A DNA stretch of 64,000 nt, taken from positions 29,744 through 93,743 of the forward strand of contig CALKVK010000015.1 of NCBI GenBank assembly GCA_937996235.1, in the 5' to 3' direction. This stretch comes from an uncultured bacterium (GTDB lineage Bacteria; Planctomycetota; JAJSAM01; JAJVHW01). The notes beneath the pieces are model-generated. The model saw only the letters and a list, made by a program, of their open reading frames with translations. It did no database searches and had not been told where the DNA came from. The position numbers were made by a program, and so were the translations under genes. Positions 32,834 through 41,659 of this stretch are shown here, piece after piece; positions within the stretch are counted from its first letter, which is position 1, and every line of letters begins with the position of its first letter.

Positions 32834-34105
32834 ATGTCGCGCCGCACTCTCCGCACCGCCGTGGTCCTCCTCGCCGGGCTCGCCGCGGCGGGTCCGGTCG
32901 CGGCGCCTGCCGCGGAGTCCGCGGCGCGCGTCCGCGTCACGCGCGTGCACGGCGACCCGCTCGTCGCCGACGCCTGGACCGCCGCCGACGGCGAGGAGCT
33001 CGTCTTCGCGCAGGGCGACGCGGCGGCGCGGGTGGCCGTCGGCGACGTCGTCGAGGTCTCGCTCGGCAACGCCCTCGAGGAGCAGCGCACCCCCGCCGCC
33101 GACGAGGTCGCGCTCGAGCTCTGGAGCGGCGAGGAGCTGCGCGGGCGGATCGTCGGGGGCGACGACCTCGGCATCGATCTCGAGACCCCGCTGATCGGGC
33201 GGGTGCGGGTGAACGTCGACCACGTCGCCGGCGCGCGCTTCCTGCAGCGGCTCGCGCAGGCCGCCGACCCGCCCGACCTCGCGCAGCGGCACGACGGCGA
33301 CGTCGTGCATCTGGTCGGCGGCGACCGCGTGGACTGCACGATCTCGTCGTTCACGGCCGACGCCCTGCACTGCGCGACGGCGACCAGCGACGACGTGGCG
33401 GTGCCGTACGCGCGCATCGTGGCGCTCCGGCTCGTCGCCGCCGGCGCCGCGCCCCCCGAGCGCGCCCGCTTCACGGCGGTGCTGCGCGACGGGACCCGGG
33501 CGGCCGCGGCGGCGGTCGCCGTGGACGCGGGGCGGCTCGTGCTGAGGAGCGTGAGCGGCTTCGACGTGCGCGTGTCGCTGCGCGAGGTCGTCACGGTGCT
33601 CGTGCGCAGCGCGTCGATCGCCTACCTGAGCGACCTGCCCGGGCGCACGCTCGTCGTGAAGCCCTTCTGGGAGCCGGTGGCCGGCGACCCGCAGTCGCTC
33701 TACGCCCCGCGCGACGACCGCGCGTTCTCGGGCGGTCCGCTGCGCGCGGACGGCCGCACGTGGACGAAGGGCATCGGCGCGTACTCCGGCACCGAGCTGA
33801 CCTGGCAGCTCGACGGCACCTGGCGCGAGTTCCGGACGCAGGTCGCGATCGACGACGCCGCCGGGCGCCTCGGAGGGGCGGTGTTCGAGGTCGTCGTGGA
33901 CGGCACCTCGCGCTGGAAGAGCCCCCTCGTGCGTCCGGCCCGCGACGCCGCGGGGGAGCACGGCACGCCCGGCCCCGTGGACGCCGGGCGCATCGACGTC
34001 GGCGGCGCGAAGTCGCTCACGCTGCGCGTGCTCGCGGGCGACGCGCAGGATCCCTACCCGATCCAGGACGAGGCCGACTGGCTGGGGGCGATGCTCGTCA
34101 GGTGA
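32834..34105 (+). CDS. Secreted protein with a C-terminal NPCBM/NEW2-like (glycan-binding, F5/8-C-like) domain
   Basis: Signal MSRRTLRTAVVLLAGLAAAGPVAAPAAES. The C-terminal segment is TWTKGIGAYSGTELTWQLDGTWREFRTQVAIDDAAG...LTLRVLAGDAQDPYPIQDEADW. The start is at track codon 69. Confidence 0.6.
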   Translation: MSRRTLRTAVVLLAGLAAAGPVAAPAAESAARVRVTRVHGDPLVADAWTAADGEELVFAQGDAAARVAVGDVVEVSLGNALEEQRTPAADEVALELWSGEELRGRIVGGDDLGIDLETPLIGRVRVNVDHVAGARFLQRLAQAADPPDLAQRHDGDVVHLVGGDRVDCTISSFTADALHCATATSDDVAVPYARIVALRLVAAGAAPPERARFTAVLRDGTRAAAAAVAVDAGRLVLRSVSGFDVRVSLREVVTVLVRSASIAYLSDLPGRTLVVKPFWEPVAGDPQSLYAPRDDRAFSGGPLRADGRTWTKGIGAYSGTELTWQLDGTWREFRTQVAIDDAAGRLGGAVFEVVVDGTSRWKSPLVRPARDAAGEHGTPGPVDAGRIDVGGAKSLTLRVLAGDAQDPYPIQDEADWLGAMLVR

Positions 34106-36690
34106 GCGCCCTCCGCTGGGACGCGGCGTCGGGCGCTGCCGTGGTCGCGGCACTCGGACTCGTCGTGGCCGTGGCGCTCCTCCAGGCGCGCCGCCTGCTG
34201 CGCCGTCCGGGGGCCCGCCCCCTGCCCGCCGTGCTGTGCGCCGTGGCGCGCGCGGGCGCCGTCGCGGCGGGTCTCGTCGCGGCCGCCGGGCCGCACCTCG
34301 TCCACGCCGTGCCGCGCTCCGGCGCGGTCCTCGTCGCCGCGCCCGACGCGGCGCGCCCCTCACGCCACCCCTCCGCCGTGCTCACGTGGCCGACCGACGC
34401 GCCCGACGCCGCGGCGGCGCTGAGCGCGCTGCGCGCGGCCGCCCCACCGGACCTGCCCGCGGACGTCGTGCTCGTCGCGCCGCGCGGACTGCGCGCGAGT
34501 CCGGCCCTCGTCGCGGCTCTGCAGCCGAGCGCGGCACTGCGCACGGCGGTCCTCGGTGTGGACGACGGCGACGCGCCCACGTCGGCCGCGCCGCCGCTGC
34601 CCGCGCCCCGCCTGCTCGCACCGGCGGGGGCGTGCGAGGGCGTGGACGTCGTGCTCGTCGCGGAGGCCGTCGGGAGCCCGTTCACGCGCGGCAGCGGGCG
34701 CGTGGCCGCCGCCGGGCGCGAGCTCCCGGCGGATCTCGAGGAGGGCGCGACGCGCGCGGCCCTGCCGGCACTGCGGCTCGACGCGGGCGAGCACCGCGTC
34801 GTCTTCCGCGCCCCCGGTCGTCTGCCGGCCGTGGCGTTCGTACACGTGCGGCGCGCGCCGCGGGTGGTCGTCGTCGGCGACGAGAGCGTGCGGGCGGGCC
34901 CGCTCGCGGCGCACCTCGCCGTGCAGGGCCTGCCGACGCGCGTGCTCACGCCGCAGGAGGTCGCGGCCGCGGGCTTCGGCGTGGCCGACGTGTTCGTCGT
35001 CGCGGCGGGCGCCGCCGGCGGCACGCTCGAGACGCGCCTCGGCGCGCGGCTCGACGAGGGCGCGGGGCTCCTCGTGCTCGGCGGCCCCGGTGCCGGGGGG
35101 CTGCGCCGCTTCGCGGACGGCCCCCTCGCCGCCCGCCTGCCGGTCTCGCTGCCGCCGCCGCCTCCGCCTCCCCCTCCCGCGCCCCCGGCGCCGCCGCCTC
35201 CCGCACCCCCGCCGCCGGACCCGGAGCGGCCGCACACCGAGCTCGAGGACGGGCCCAAGCAGGCGCTGCGCGTCGCGCTCCTCCTGGTCGTGGACCGCTC
35301 GGGGAGCATGGCGGGCGCCAAGCTGCAGCTCGCGCAGAACGCCGCGCGCGCCGCGGCCCGCAGCCTGGCGCCCGGGGACCGCGTGGGCGTGATCGCGTTC
35401 GACGACGCCGCCGAGTGGATCGCGCCGTTCCAGGACGCGGGCGACACGGCGACGCTGGCGCGCCGCGTCGCCGGGCTGCGGGCCGACGGCGGCACGCACT
35501 TCTTCCCGGCGCTCCGCGACGGCTTCGAGGCGATCACGCGCGAGGACGCGGGCATCCGCCACGTCATCCTCCTGACCGACGGCGTCACGCGCGACGCCGT
35601 GTTCCGTCCGCTCGTGGAGCAGGCCGCGCAGCGCGCCGTGACGCTCAGCACGGTCGCGGTCGGCGACGACGCCGACACGAACCTGCTCGCGCTGCTCGCC
35701 GGCTGGGGCCACGGGCGCATGTACCTCGCGAACGATCCGCGGCGGCTGCCGGAGATCGTCACGGTGGACACGCGCCGCTTCACCGTCGAGGAGCGCGAGC
35801 GCCGCGCCGTCGAGGACGCGTCGCGGCGCGCCCCGGAGGGACTGCCGCCGACTCCGCCGGACGCGCCGGACGCCCCCCCCGCCGAGGCCCGGCCGCCGCA
35901 GCCGCCCACTGCCGAGACCACGCCGCCGGAGCCGCCGCGCGCCCCGCCGACACGCCGCCCCCACGTCGTCGGACGCGCGCCCGCGCTCGCGGGTCTCGGC
36001 GGCGCCGTGTGGCCCGAGCTGGCCCACGCGGAGGCGCCGGGGGTGCGCACCCCGGCGCAGGTCGTGCTGGCGTGGGACGACGACGCGCCGGCGCTGGTCC
36101 TCGGGCGCTCGGGCGCCGCCCGCGTCGCCGTGCTGGCGGCCGACGCCGCGACGCTCGACGCGCGCGCCCTGTTCGCCTGGGAGGAGGGCGGGCGCTTCCT
36201 CGCGCAGCTCGTGCGCTCGCTCGCCCCGCCGGAGGACACGCCCGCCGCGGGGCTCGTGGCGGAGGTCGTCCCCGTCGCGGACGGCGGCGCGCGCATCGTG
36301 CTGCCCGGCGGCGTCGGCGGGGAGCTCCACGCGGTCCCGATCGAGGCCGGAGCACCCGCGGATGCCGTGGACGGCACGTGCGGCGGAGCGGGCGGGAGCA
36401 CGGCCGAGCTGCGCCTGGCGCGGATGCCCGCCCAGGGGCTGTGGGCCGGCAGCCTCACGCCCGCGGACGGCGGCCCGCGCCCGGTCGCCTTCGTGTCGCC
36501 GGGCGCCGCGCGGGCACCCGAAGGCGGCGCAGAGGCGCTCGCGCGCGCTGCGGACGTGCCGCTGGTGGCGTCGCTCCCGGCGCCGCGCGCCGCAGTCCCC
36601 GGCGAGCGGCGCGAGGAGCACGACGCGCCGTGGCTCGCCGCGTGCGGCGTGCTGCTCGTCGCGGAGGCCGCGCTGCGGCGCCTCGCATGA
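34102..36690 (+). CDS. Large membrane protein with a von Willebrand factor A domain (BatA-like), a poly-proline linker and a C-terminal unknown domain
   Basis: GTG start overlapping the upstream stop (GTGA). There are N-terminal TMs and a 22-residue P/A tract (PPPPPPPPPAPPAPPPPAPPPP). The vWA MIDAS motif is LLVVDRSGSMAG...IAFDD...THFFPAL...VILLTDG. Confidence 0.7.
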   Translation: MSALRWDAASGAAVVAALGLVVAVALLQARRLLRRPGARPLPAVLCAVARAGAVAAGLVAAAGPHLVHAVPRSGAVLVAAPDAARPSRHPSAVLTWPTDAPDAAAALSALRAAAPPDLPADVVLVAPRGLRASPALVAALQPSAALRTAVLGVDDGDAPTSAAPPLPAPRLLAPAGACEGVDVVLVAEAVGSPFTRGSGRVAAAGRELPADLEEGATRAALPALRLDAGEHRVVFRAPGRLPAVAFVHVRRAPRVVVVGDESVRAGPLAAHLAVQGLPTRVLTPQEVAAAGFGVADVFVVAAGAAGGTLETRLGARLDEGAGLLVLGGPGAGGLRRFADGPLAARLPVSLPPPPPPPPPAPPAPPPPAPPPPDPERPHTELEDGPKQALRVALLLVVDRSGSMAGAKLQLAQNAARAAARSLAPGDRVGVIAFDDAAEWIAPFQDAGDTATLARRVAGLRADGGTHFFPALRDGFEAITREDAGIRHVILLTDGVTRDAVFRPLVEQAAQRAVTLSTVAVGDDADTNLLALLAGWGHGRMYLANDPRRLPEIVTVDTRRFTVEERERRAVEDASRRAPEGLPPTPPDAPDAPPAEARPPQPPTAETTPPEPPRAPPTRRPHVVGRAPALAGLGGAVWPELAHAEAPGVRTPAQVVLAWDDDAPALVLGRSGAARVAVLAADAATLDARALFAWEEGGRFLAQLVRSLAPPEDTPAAGLVAEVVPVADGGARIVLPGGVGGELHAVPIEAGAPADAVDGTCGGAGGSTAELRLARMPAQGLWAGSLTPADGGPRPVAFVSPGAARAPEGGAEALARAADVPLVASLPAPRAAVPGERREEHDAPWLAACGVLLVAEAALRRLA

Positions 36691-37631
36691 GCACGCCCGC
36701 CACCCGCACGCGCCTAGCCGTCACGCTCGGCGACCCGCTCGGCATCGGCCCCGAGGTCGTGCTGCGCGCCCTCGCCGCCGAGGCCGCCCCGCACGCGGAC
36801 GTCACGCTGCTCGGCGACGCCGACGCCCTCGCGCGCACGGCGCGCGCCCTCGGACTGGCCGTGCGCGGGGTCGTGGTCCCGGCCCCCGTCGGCGGTCCCG
36901 CGTCGGCGCTCTGGGCGCTCGAGGAGGCCTGCCGGCTGGCGTGCGCAGGGGCCGTCGACGCGCTGCTCACGGCACCGGTCACGAAGGCCGACATCGCCGC
37001 GTTCGCACCCGGCTTCCGCGGCCAGACGGAGTTCCTCGGCGAGCGTCTGGGCGTCCCGCGTCCGACGATGATGCTCGCCGGCGCGAACCTGCGCGTGGCG
37101 CTCGTGACCACCCACCTGCCGCTGCGCGAGGTGCCCGACGCCGTCACGGCGGAGGCGGTCGAGCGCGCGGTGCGGCGCACGCACGCCGGGCTGCGGACGT
37201 GGTTCGGGATCGCCGCCCCGCGCATCGCGGTGCTCGGGGTGAACCCGCATGCCGGCGAGGGCGGGCTGCTCGGCGACGAGGACGCCGCCGCCGTCGCGCC
37301 GGCGGTCGCGCGCTGCCGCGGCGACGGCATCGACTGCGTCGGCCCGCTCCCGGGCGACGGGACGTTCGCGCCGCGGGCGCGGGCCGCGTTCGATGCGTTC
37401 GTCGCGGCGTACCACGACCAGGGGCTCGCCGCGCTGAAGGCGGTCGAGGGTGGTCACGCCGTCAACCTGAGCCTGGGGCTGCCCCTCCCGCGCACCTCTC
37501 CCGACCACGGATCCGCCCGCGACATCGCCGGCCGCGGCGTCGCGGACCCCGCGTCCACGGTCGCCGCGCTGCGGCTCGCGCTCCGTGCCGCGGCGCGCGG
37601 CGGCGGAAATCCTTCCCCCGCCGCGGCGTGA
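36687..37631 (+). CDS. pdxA: 4-hydroxythreonine-4-phosphate dehydrogenase
   Basis: LAVTLGDPLGIGPEV...LLTAPVTK...VLGVNPHAGEGG...AYHDQGL. The ATG overlaps the upstream stop. Confidence 0.85.
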   Translation: MSTPATRTRLAVTLGDPLGIGPEVVLRALAAEAAPHADVTLLGDADALARTARALGLAVRGVVVPAPVGGPASALWALEEACRLACAGAVDALLTAPVTKADIAAFAPGFRGQTEFLGERLGVPRPTMMLAGANLRVALVTTHLPLREVPDAVTAEAVERAVRRTHAGLRTWFGIAAPRIAVLGVNPHAGEGGLLGDEDAAAVAPAVARCRGDGIDCVGPLPGDGTFAPRARAAFDAFVAAYHDQGLAALKAVEGGHAVNLSLGLPLPRTSPDHGSARDIAGRGVADPASTVAALRLALRAAARGGGNPSPAAA

Positions 37632-37636
37632 CGCCG

Positions 37637-37882
37637 ATGATCCGCGGCTTCCCACGCGACCGAGGGTCGGAGGTTCCCGTGTCCATCGACAACAGCCTGA
37701 AGGTGAAGGCCGGCCTCCTGCGCCAGCGCAACGTGTGGACGCGCGCCGAGCGCATCGACGCGCTCCGCAAGGTGCGGCGCTGGGCCGACGGCGACGCCGT
37801 CCTGGGCCTCCCGAAGGTGCGCACCGCCCTCAAGTCGAAGGCGAAGAAGAAGGCCGAGAAGAAGGACGACGACGCCAAGTAG
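37637..37882 (+). CDS. Small basic hypothetical protein (81 aa)
   Basis: MIRGFPRDRGSEVPVSIDNSLKVKAGLLRQRNVWTRAERIDALRKVRRWADGD... with a K-rich tail. It is followed by a strong terminator. Confidence 0.5.
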   Translation: MIRGFPRDRGSEVPVSIDNSLKVKAGLLRQRNVWTRAERIDALRKVRRWADGDAVLGLPKVRTALKSKAKKKAEKKDDDAK

Positions 37883-37942
37883 GCGCCGTCGCCGCGCGCC
37901 GCGGCACCGCACGCAGCGGGAGCCGGCGCCGATCGGAACGCA

Positions 37943-37985
37943 GAAGGGCCGGCCGCGAGATGCGGCCGGCCCTTCTCGTCTTCGC
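37943..37985. terminator. Bidirectional intrinsic terminator between convergent genes
   Basis: Perfect 14-bp stem GAAGGGCCGGCCGC / GCGGCCGGCCCTTC with a GAGAT loop, then TCGTCTTCG. A 14-bp tandem repeat ggtctcgtcttcgc x3 follows. Confidence 0.6.
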
Positions 37986-38052
37986 GGTCTCGTCTTCGCG
38001 GTCTCGTCTTCGCGCGCCCGTGTTCCCGGGTCGGCGCCGCGCGACCGCGCGC

Positions 38053-39321
38053 TCAGCGGCCCGTGTCGGCGCCGCCCGACGGCTGCGCCGCCGAGGCGAG
38101 CGCGGCGCGCCCGTCCTTCTCGTACCACGCCTCCCAGGCCGCGACGTCCTCGCCGTGGTCCACGCCCGTCGCCTGCCGCAGCGAGCGGTAGAAGACGCGG
38201 CGCTCGACGGCCGTGAACTCCTCGTTGACGCCGAGCACGCGCGTGTCGAGCGAGACGCCCTCGCGGATCGTGCCGACGATCGGGTCGCCGATCTGCGCGG
38301 CCTGCGCGATCTCGACGTCGAAGTCGGAGATGTACGAGAGCTGGCGACCGATGAAGATCGAGTTGCGGCCCCCGGGGCCGCCGCTCGTCTTCAGCCGGCG
38401 GATGAGCCACTCGACCGACTGGCCGCCGCCGAACGCGCCGAGCGCCTCGGCGGCGTTGGTGCGCACGAGCGGCAGCGGGCTCCAGAGCGCACGCGCGAGC
38501 GGGCGCACCGTGTCCGGGTGACCGATCTCGCGCAGCGCCGCGACCGCGGCGTCGCGCACGCTCTTCTCGCGGTCCAACACGGCCGCGTGCAGCAGCGGTC
38601 GCAGCGCGTCGACGTCGCCCCAGCGCGCGAGCAGGCGCGCGGCGAGGCGGCGCTCCGCGGGCTCGCCCCGGCGCAGCGCGCGCAGTGCGGGACGGGCGAG
38701 GGCCTCCGCCGACATGCCGTCGAGCGCCTCGAGCGCGAACTTCTGGGCGCGCTCCGGTCCGGACGCCGCGCGATGGATGAGCTCGTCCGCGCGCTTCTCG
38801 TCGTCGCTCAGCTCGCGCACGGGCGTCGCGCGGCGGTCCGCGGCCTCCGCCTCCTCCTTCAGCACCCACGCGCCGTCGCGGCGCACGAAACCCTTCGCGG
38901 CGAGCAGCCGCTCGCCCGAGAGCCACGCGCCGTCGACCTGCTCCTGCGCGAGCAGCGCCCGCGCCCCGGTGTGCTCCGGATCCAGTTCGGCGACGCGCGC
39001 GGCGCACGCGCGCGACTCGTCGACGAGACCCGCGCGCTCCGCCCACAGCGCCAGCTCGTAGAGCGCGCCGGCGTCGTCCTTCGCGAGCGCGGCGCGGCGC
39101 TCCGCGAACTCGTCGGCCGGTGTGGTGTCGCGGCGCACGACGTCGACGTCGCGCCAGCGCAGCGACACGACGCCGTCGCCGGTCGTGACCTCGATGCGGT
39201 CGCCGCGGTCCGCGACGTCGCCCGCGACGACGTCGCCGGACTGCAGCCGGACGGTGTCCGCGGCAGCGCCGGCGGAGAGCGAGACGAGAATGGCGAGACA
39301 GGCCAGAGAGAGTGCACGCAC
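38053..39321 (-). CDS. Secreted HEAT-repeat (PBS-lyase type) protein that carries a short secretin-domain-derived segment
   Basis: GTG start with GGAGG 7 nt upstream. Signal peptide VRALSLACLAILVSLSAGAAA. The HEAT repeats are ALRALRRGEPAERRLAARLLARWGDVDALRPLLHAAVLDREKSVRDAAVAALREIGHPDTVRPLARAL. The segment SYISDFDVEIAQAAQIGDPIV is nearly identical at nucleotide level to part of secretin 1. The upstream 595 codons of the track ORF were rejected as antisense to the next gene. Confidence 0.65.
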   Translation of the reverse strand: MRALSLACLAILVSLSAGAAADTVRLQSGDVVAGDVADRGDRIEVTTGDGVVSLRWRDVDVVRRDTTPADEFAERRAALAKDDAGALYELALWAERAGLVDESRACAARVAELDPEHTGARALLAQEQVDGAWLSGERLLAAKGFVRRDGAWVLKEEAEAADRRATPVRELSDDEKRADELIHRAASGPERAQKFALEALDGMSAEALARPALRALRRGEPAERRLAARLLARWGDVDALRPLLHAAVLDREKSVRDAAVAALREIGHPDTVRPLARALWSPLPLVRTNAAEALGAFGGGQSVEWLIRRLKTSGGPGGRNSIFIGRQLSYISDFDVEIAQAAQIGDPIVGTIREGVSLDTRVLGVNEEFTAVERRVFYRSLRQATGVDHGEDVAAWEAWYEKDGRAALASAAQPSGGADTGR

Positions 39322-39438
39322 GCGACGACCTCCGCGCCGGACGGCGCCCGGCGATCGTCCACCCGATCCGCGCTTTACGCTAGCCACGGCGGACGACGTG
39401 TCAACCGCAGCACCGGTTCGTGCCGATGCATCCCCCGG

Positions 39439-41100
39439 ATGCAGGACCTCGTAGACCGCCTCGTCCGCCGCCCGTGCCTCCAGCAGGCACGGCTCGCGGG
39501 CAACTCCGTTCGCAACGCGTACCACCGCAACCCCGACGACGTGATGGCGGGGCTGGCGTCGTGGAGCGCGCACCCGAGTCCGTTCGTGCGCATCGCCTCC
39601 GGCGTGGCGTACGGGGTGATCGGGGCCCGCGACCGCGACTCGCTCACGCGCATCCTGCCGTTCGTGGAGCGGCTCGCGAACGACGCCGACCCCGAGGTGC
39701 GCGAGCACGGCGCGGAGGGCGCCCTCGAGGAGCTCTGGCTGGCCCACGCCGACGCGCTCTGGACCGTGCTCGAGCAGTGGCTCCAGGGCAAGAACGACCG
39801 TGTCCGCGAGGTCGTGATCCGCACGGTCGCGCGCATCGCGGTCGGCGGGAAGATCTCGCGGCCGAGCCTGCTGCGGCGCTTCATCGAGCGCGGGCTCGAG
39901 CTCTACGACGCGCTCGTGCCCGGCGCGTCCCCCACCGTCGTGGCCACGCTCACGACCGCGGTGGACGGCATGGGCTGCCTCGCGCCCGAGGTGGTGACGC
40001 CGTTCGTGCGGCGCTGCGCCGAGCGCGACGACGCGTCGTCGCTCTCGCTCGTGCTCGACGTCGCGCGCACGCCGTTCGGCTCGCTGTGCGAGGGCGTCGA
40101 CTTCGAGGACGCGGGCATGCGCCTCGGCCGCATGCGCCACGCGGCGGAGACGGATGTCGCCGGACTCGTCAACCAGGGCGTCGGCGACGTGGAGCACCTC
40201 TCGCTCATGGGCACGTCGTTCCTCGTGCGGCAGATGAGCGACCACCTGCCCTGGACGTGGATCGCCGACCCGTACCGCGGCTGCCAGATGCGCTGCACGT
40301 TCTGCAACGCGCGCACCGGCGACGAGTGGAGCGGCGACTCGGCGGAGAAGTTCCGGCGCCGCGTGACCGTCGTGCAGAACGCGCCGCAGCTCGCGGCGAT
40401 GGAGCTGCGCAACGAGGAGCTCGCACCGCGCGTCGGCAACGTGCTCGGCATCGGCGTCACGTCCGACCCGTACCAGCCGGGCGAGGAGCGCCACCAGGTC
40501 ACGCGCGAGCTGCTGAAGGCGTGCCTCGAGAGCGGCCACCCGGTCGTCGTGCAGACGCGCCAGGCGCTGATCCTGCGCGACGTGGACCTGCTCGAGATGC
40601 TCGCGAAGCGCGACCTCGTGAACGTCTACGTCGCGCTGCAGGCCGCCGAGGACGACGTGCGCGCGCGCATGGAGCCCGACGGCGCAACGGTGGCGGAGCG
40701 CCTGCGCGTCATGCGCGTGCTCTCGAGCCGCGGCGTGCCCGTCGCGCTGCTGCTCTCGCCCGTGATGCCCGAGGTCACCGACGACCTCGAGCTGCTCGGG
40801 GACACGCTGCGCCGCGCGAAGGACGCGGGCGCGTCGTGGGTCACCGCGGAGGTGCTGAACCTGCACGGCTCCGCGCGCGCGAAGGTGCGCCTCTTCCTCG
40901 AGTCGCAGTCGCCGGCGATGGTGGACACCTACCGCGCGCTCTACACGGCCGGTGCACGGCCGGGCGATCCCGATCCGGCGTACGAGCGCTGCCTGCTCGA
41001 GGAGACGCTGCCCGAGCTCGCGCGGCAGCACGGTCTCGTCCAGACGGCGCGCATGCTGACGTCCGGACGCGACCCGCAGCTCTGCCTCGTGCGCCGCTGA
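39439..41100 (+). CDS. Fusion protein: N-terminal DNA-alkylation-repair (AlkD-like HEAT-like) domain plus a C-terminal radical SAM domain (SplB / DNA-photolyase-like)
   Basis: AYHRNPDDVMAGLASWSAHPSPFVRIASGVAYGV... is AlkD-like. IADPYRGCQMRCTFCNA is the CxxxCxxC radical SAM cluster motif, followed by TIM-barrel-like sequence. This is the real gene inside the 1171-aa track ORF. Confidence 0.75.
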   Translation: MQDLVDRLVRRPCLQQARLAGNSVRNAYHRNPDDVMAGLASWSAHPSPFVRIASGVAYGVIGARDRDSLTRILPFVERLANDADPEVREHGAEGALEELWLAHADALWTVLEQWLQGKNDRVREVVIRTVARIAVGGKISRPSLLRRFIERGLELYDALVPGASPTVVATLTTAVDGMGCLAPEVVTPFVRRCAERDDASSLSLVLDVARTPFGSLCEGVDFEDAGMRLGRMRHAAETDVAGLVNQGVGDVEHLSLMGTSFLVRQMSDHLPWTWIADPYRGCQMRCTFCNARTGDEWSGDSAEKFRRRVTVVQNAPQLAAMELRNEELAPRVGNVLGIGVTSDPYQPGEERHQVTRELLKACLESGHPVVVQTRQALILRDVDLLEMLAKRDLVNVYVALQAAEDDVRARMEPDGATVAERLRVMRVLSSRGVPVALLLSPVMPEVTDDLELLGDTLRRAKDAGASWVTAEVLNLHGSARAKVRLFLESQSPAMVDTYRALYTAGARPGDPDPAYERCLLEETLPELARQHGLVQTARMLTSGRDPQLCLVRR

Positions 41101-41132
41101 GCGCACGCGGGCGGACGCCCGCTGCGCGCCGC

Positions 41133-41582
41133 TCAGCGCGTGCCGGCGGAGCCCGGCGCGCGGCAGTCGGGACAGCGGCCGAACAGGCGCAGCGAGTGGC
41201 TCACGAGTTCGAAGCCGTGCGCCTCCGCGACCTGCCGCTGCAGCGCCTCGATCGCCTCGTTCTCGAACTCGACGATGCGACCGCAGCGCGAGCAGATCAG
41301 GTGGTCGTGGTGGTGCTGCCCCACCATCACCTCGTACATGAGCTGGCCGCGCTGGAACTCACGGCTCTCGACGAACTCGCCCTCGCAGAGCAGCGCCAGC
41401 GTGCGGTACACGGACGCGCGGCTCACGCGGTGACCGCGCGCGCGCAGCCGGTCGAGCAGGTCGTCGGCGGTGAAGTGGTCGTCGGTGTCGAGCAGCACCT
41501 CGACGATGCGACGACGCGCGTCGGTGCTGCGCAGCCCGCGGCTGCGCAGGTAGCGGATCACGCGCTCGACTCCCTCCGTCAT
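41133..41582 (-). CDS. fur: Ferric uptake regulator family transcription factor
   Basis: RSRGLRSTDARRRIVEVLLDTDDHFTADDL...HHHDHLICSRCGRIVEF...CPDC shows the Fur DNA-binding helix plus HHHDH and CxxC metal sites. Confidence 0.8.
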   Translation of the reverse strand: MTEGVERVIRYLRSRGLRSTDARRRIVEVLLDTDDHFTADDLLDRLRARGHRVSRASVYRTLALLCEGEFVESREFQRGQLMYEVMVGQHHHDHLICSRCGRIVEFENEAIEALQRQVAEAHGFELVSHSLRLFGRCPDCRAPGSAGTR

Positions 41583-41659
41583 CGCGCGCAGTTGTAGCGG
41601 ACGCCGCGCTCCCCGTCGCGTGACGACTTCGCGCGCGGCGCCCGGCGCCGCCGCGGCGC

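Noticed and set aside
34098-37631. 786-aa minus ORF and 1131-aa plus ORF spanning the vWA/pdxA region
   Set aside because: Only the pdxA portion (36687..37631) of the plus ORF is real, and the rest are RG-rich shadow frames.
39322-41106. N-terminal 595 codons of the 1017-aa minus ORF, plus the 39420..41597 plus ORF
   Set aside because: They are antisense or alternate-frame to the AlkD-like/radical-SAM gene. The real minus-strand gene starts at GTG 39321 with an SD and signal peptide.
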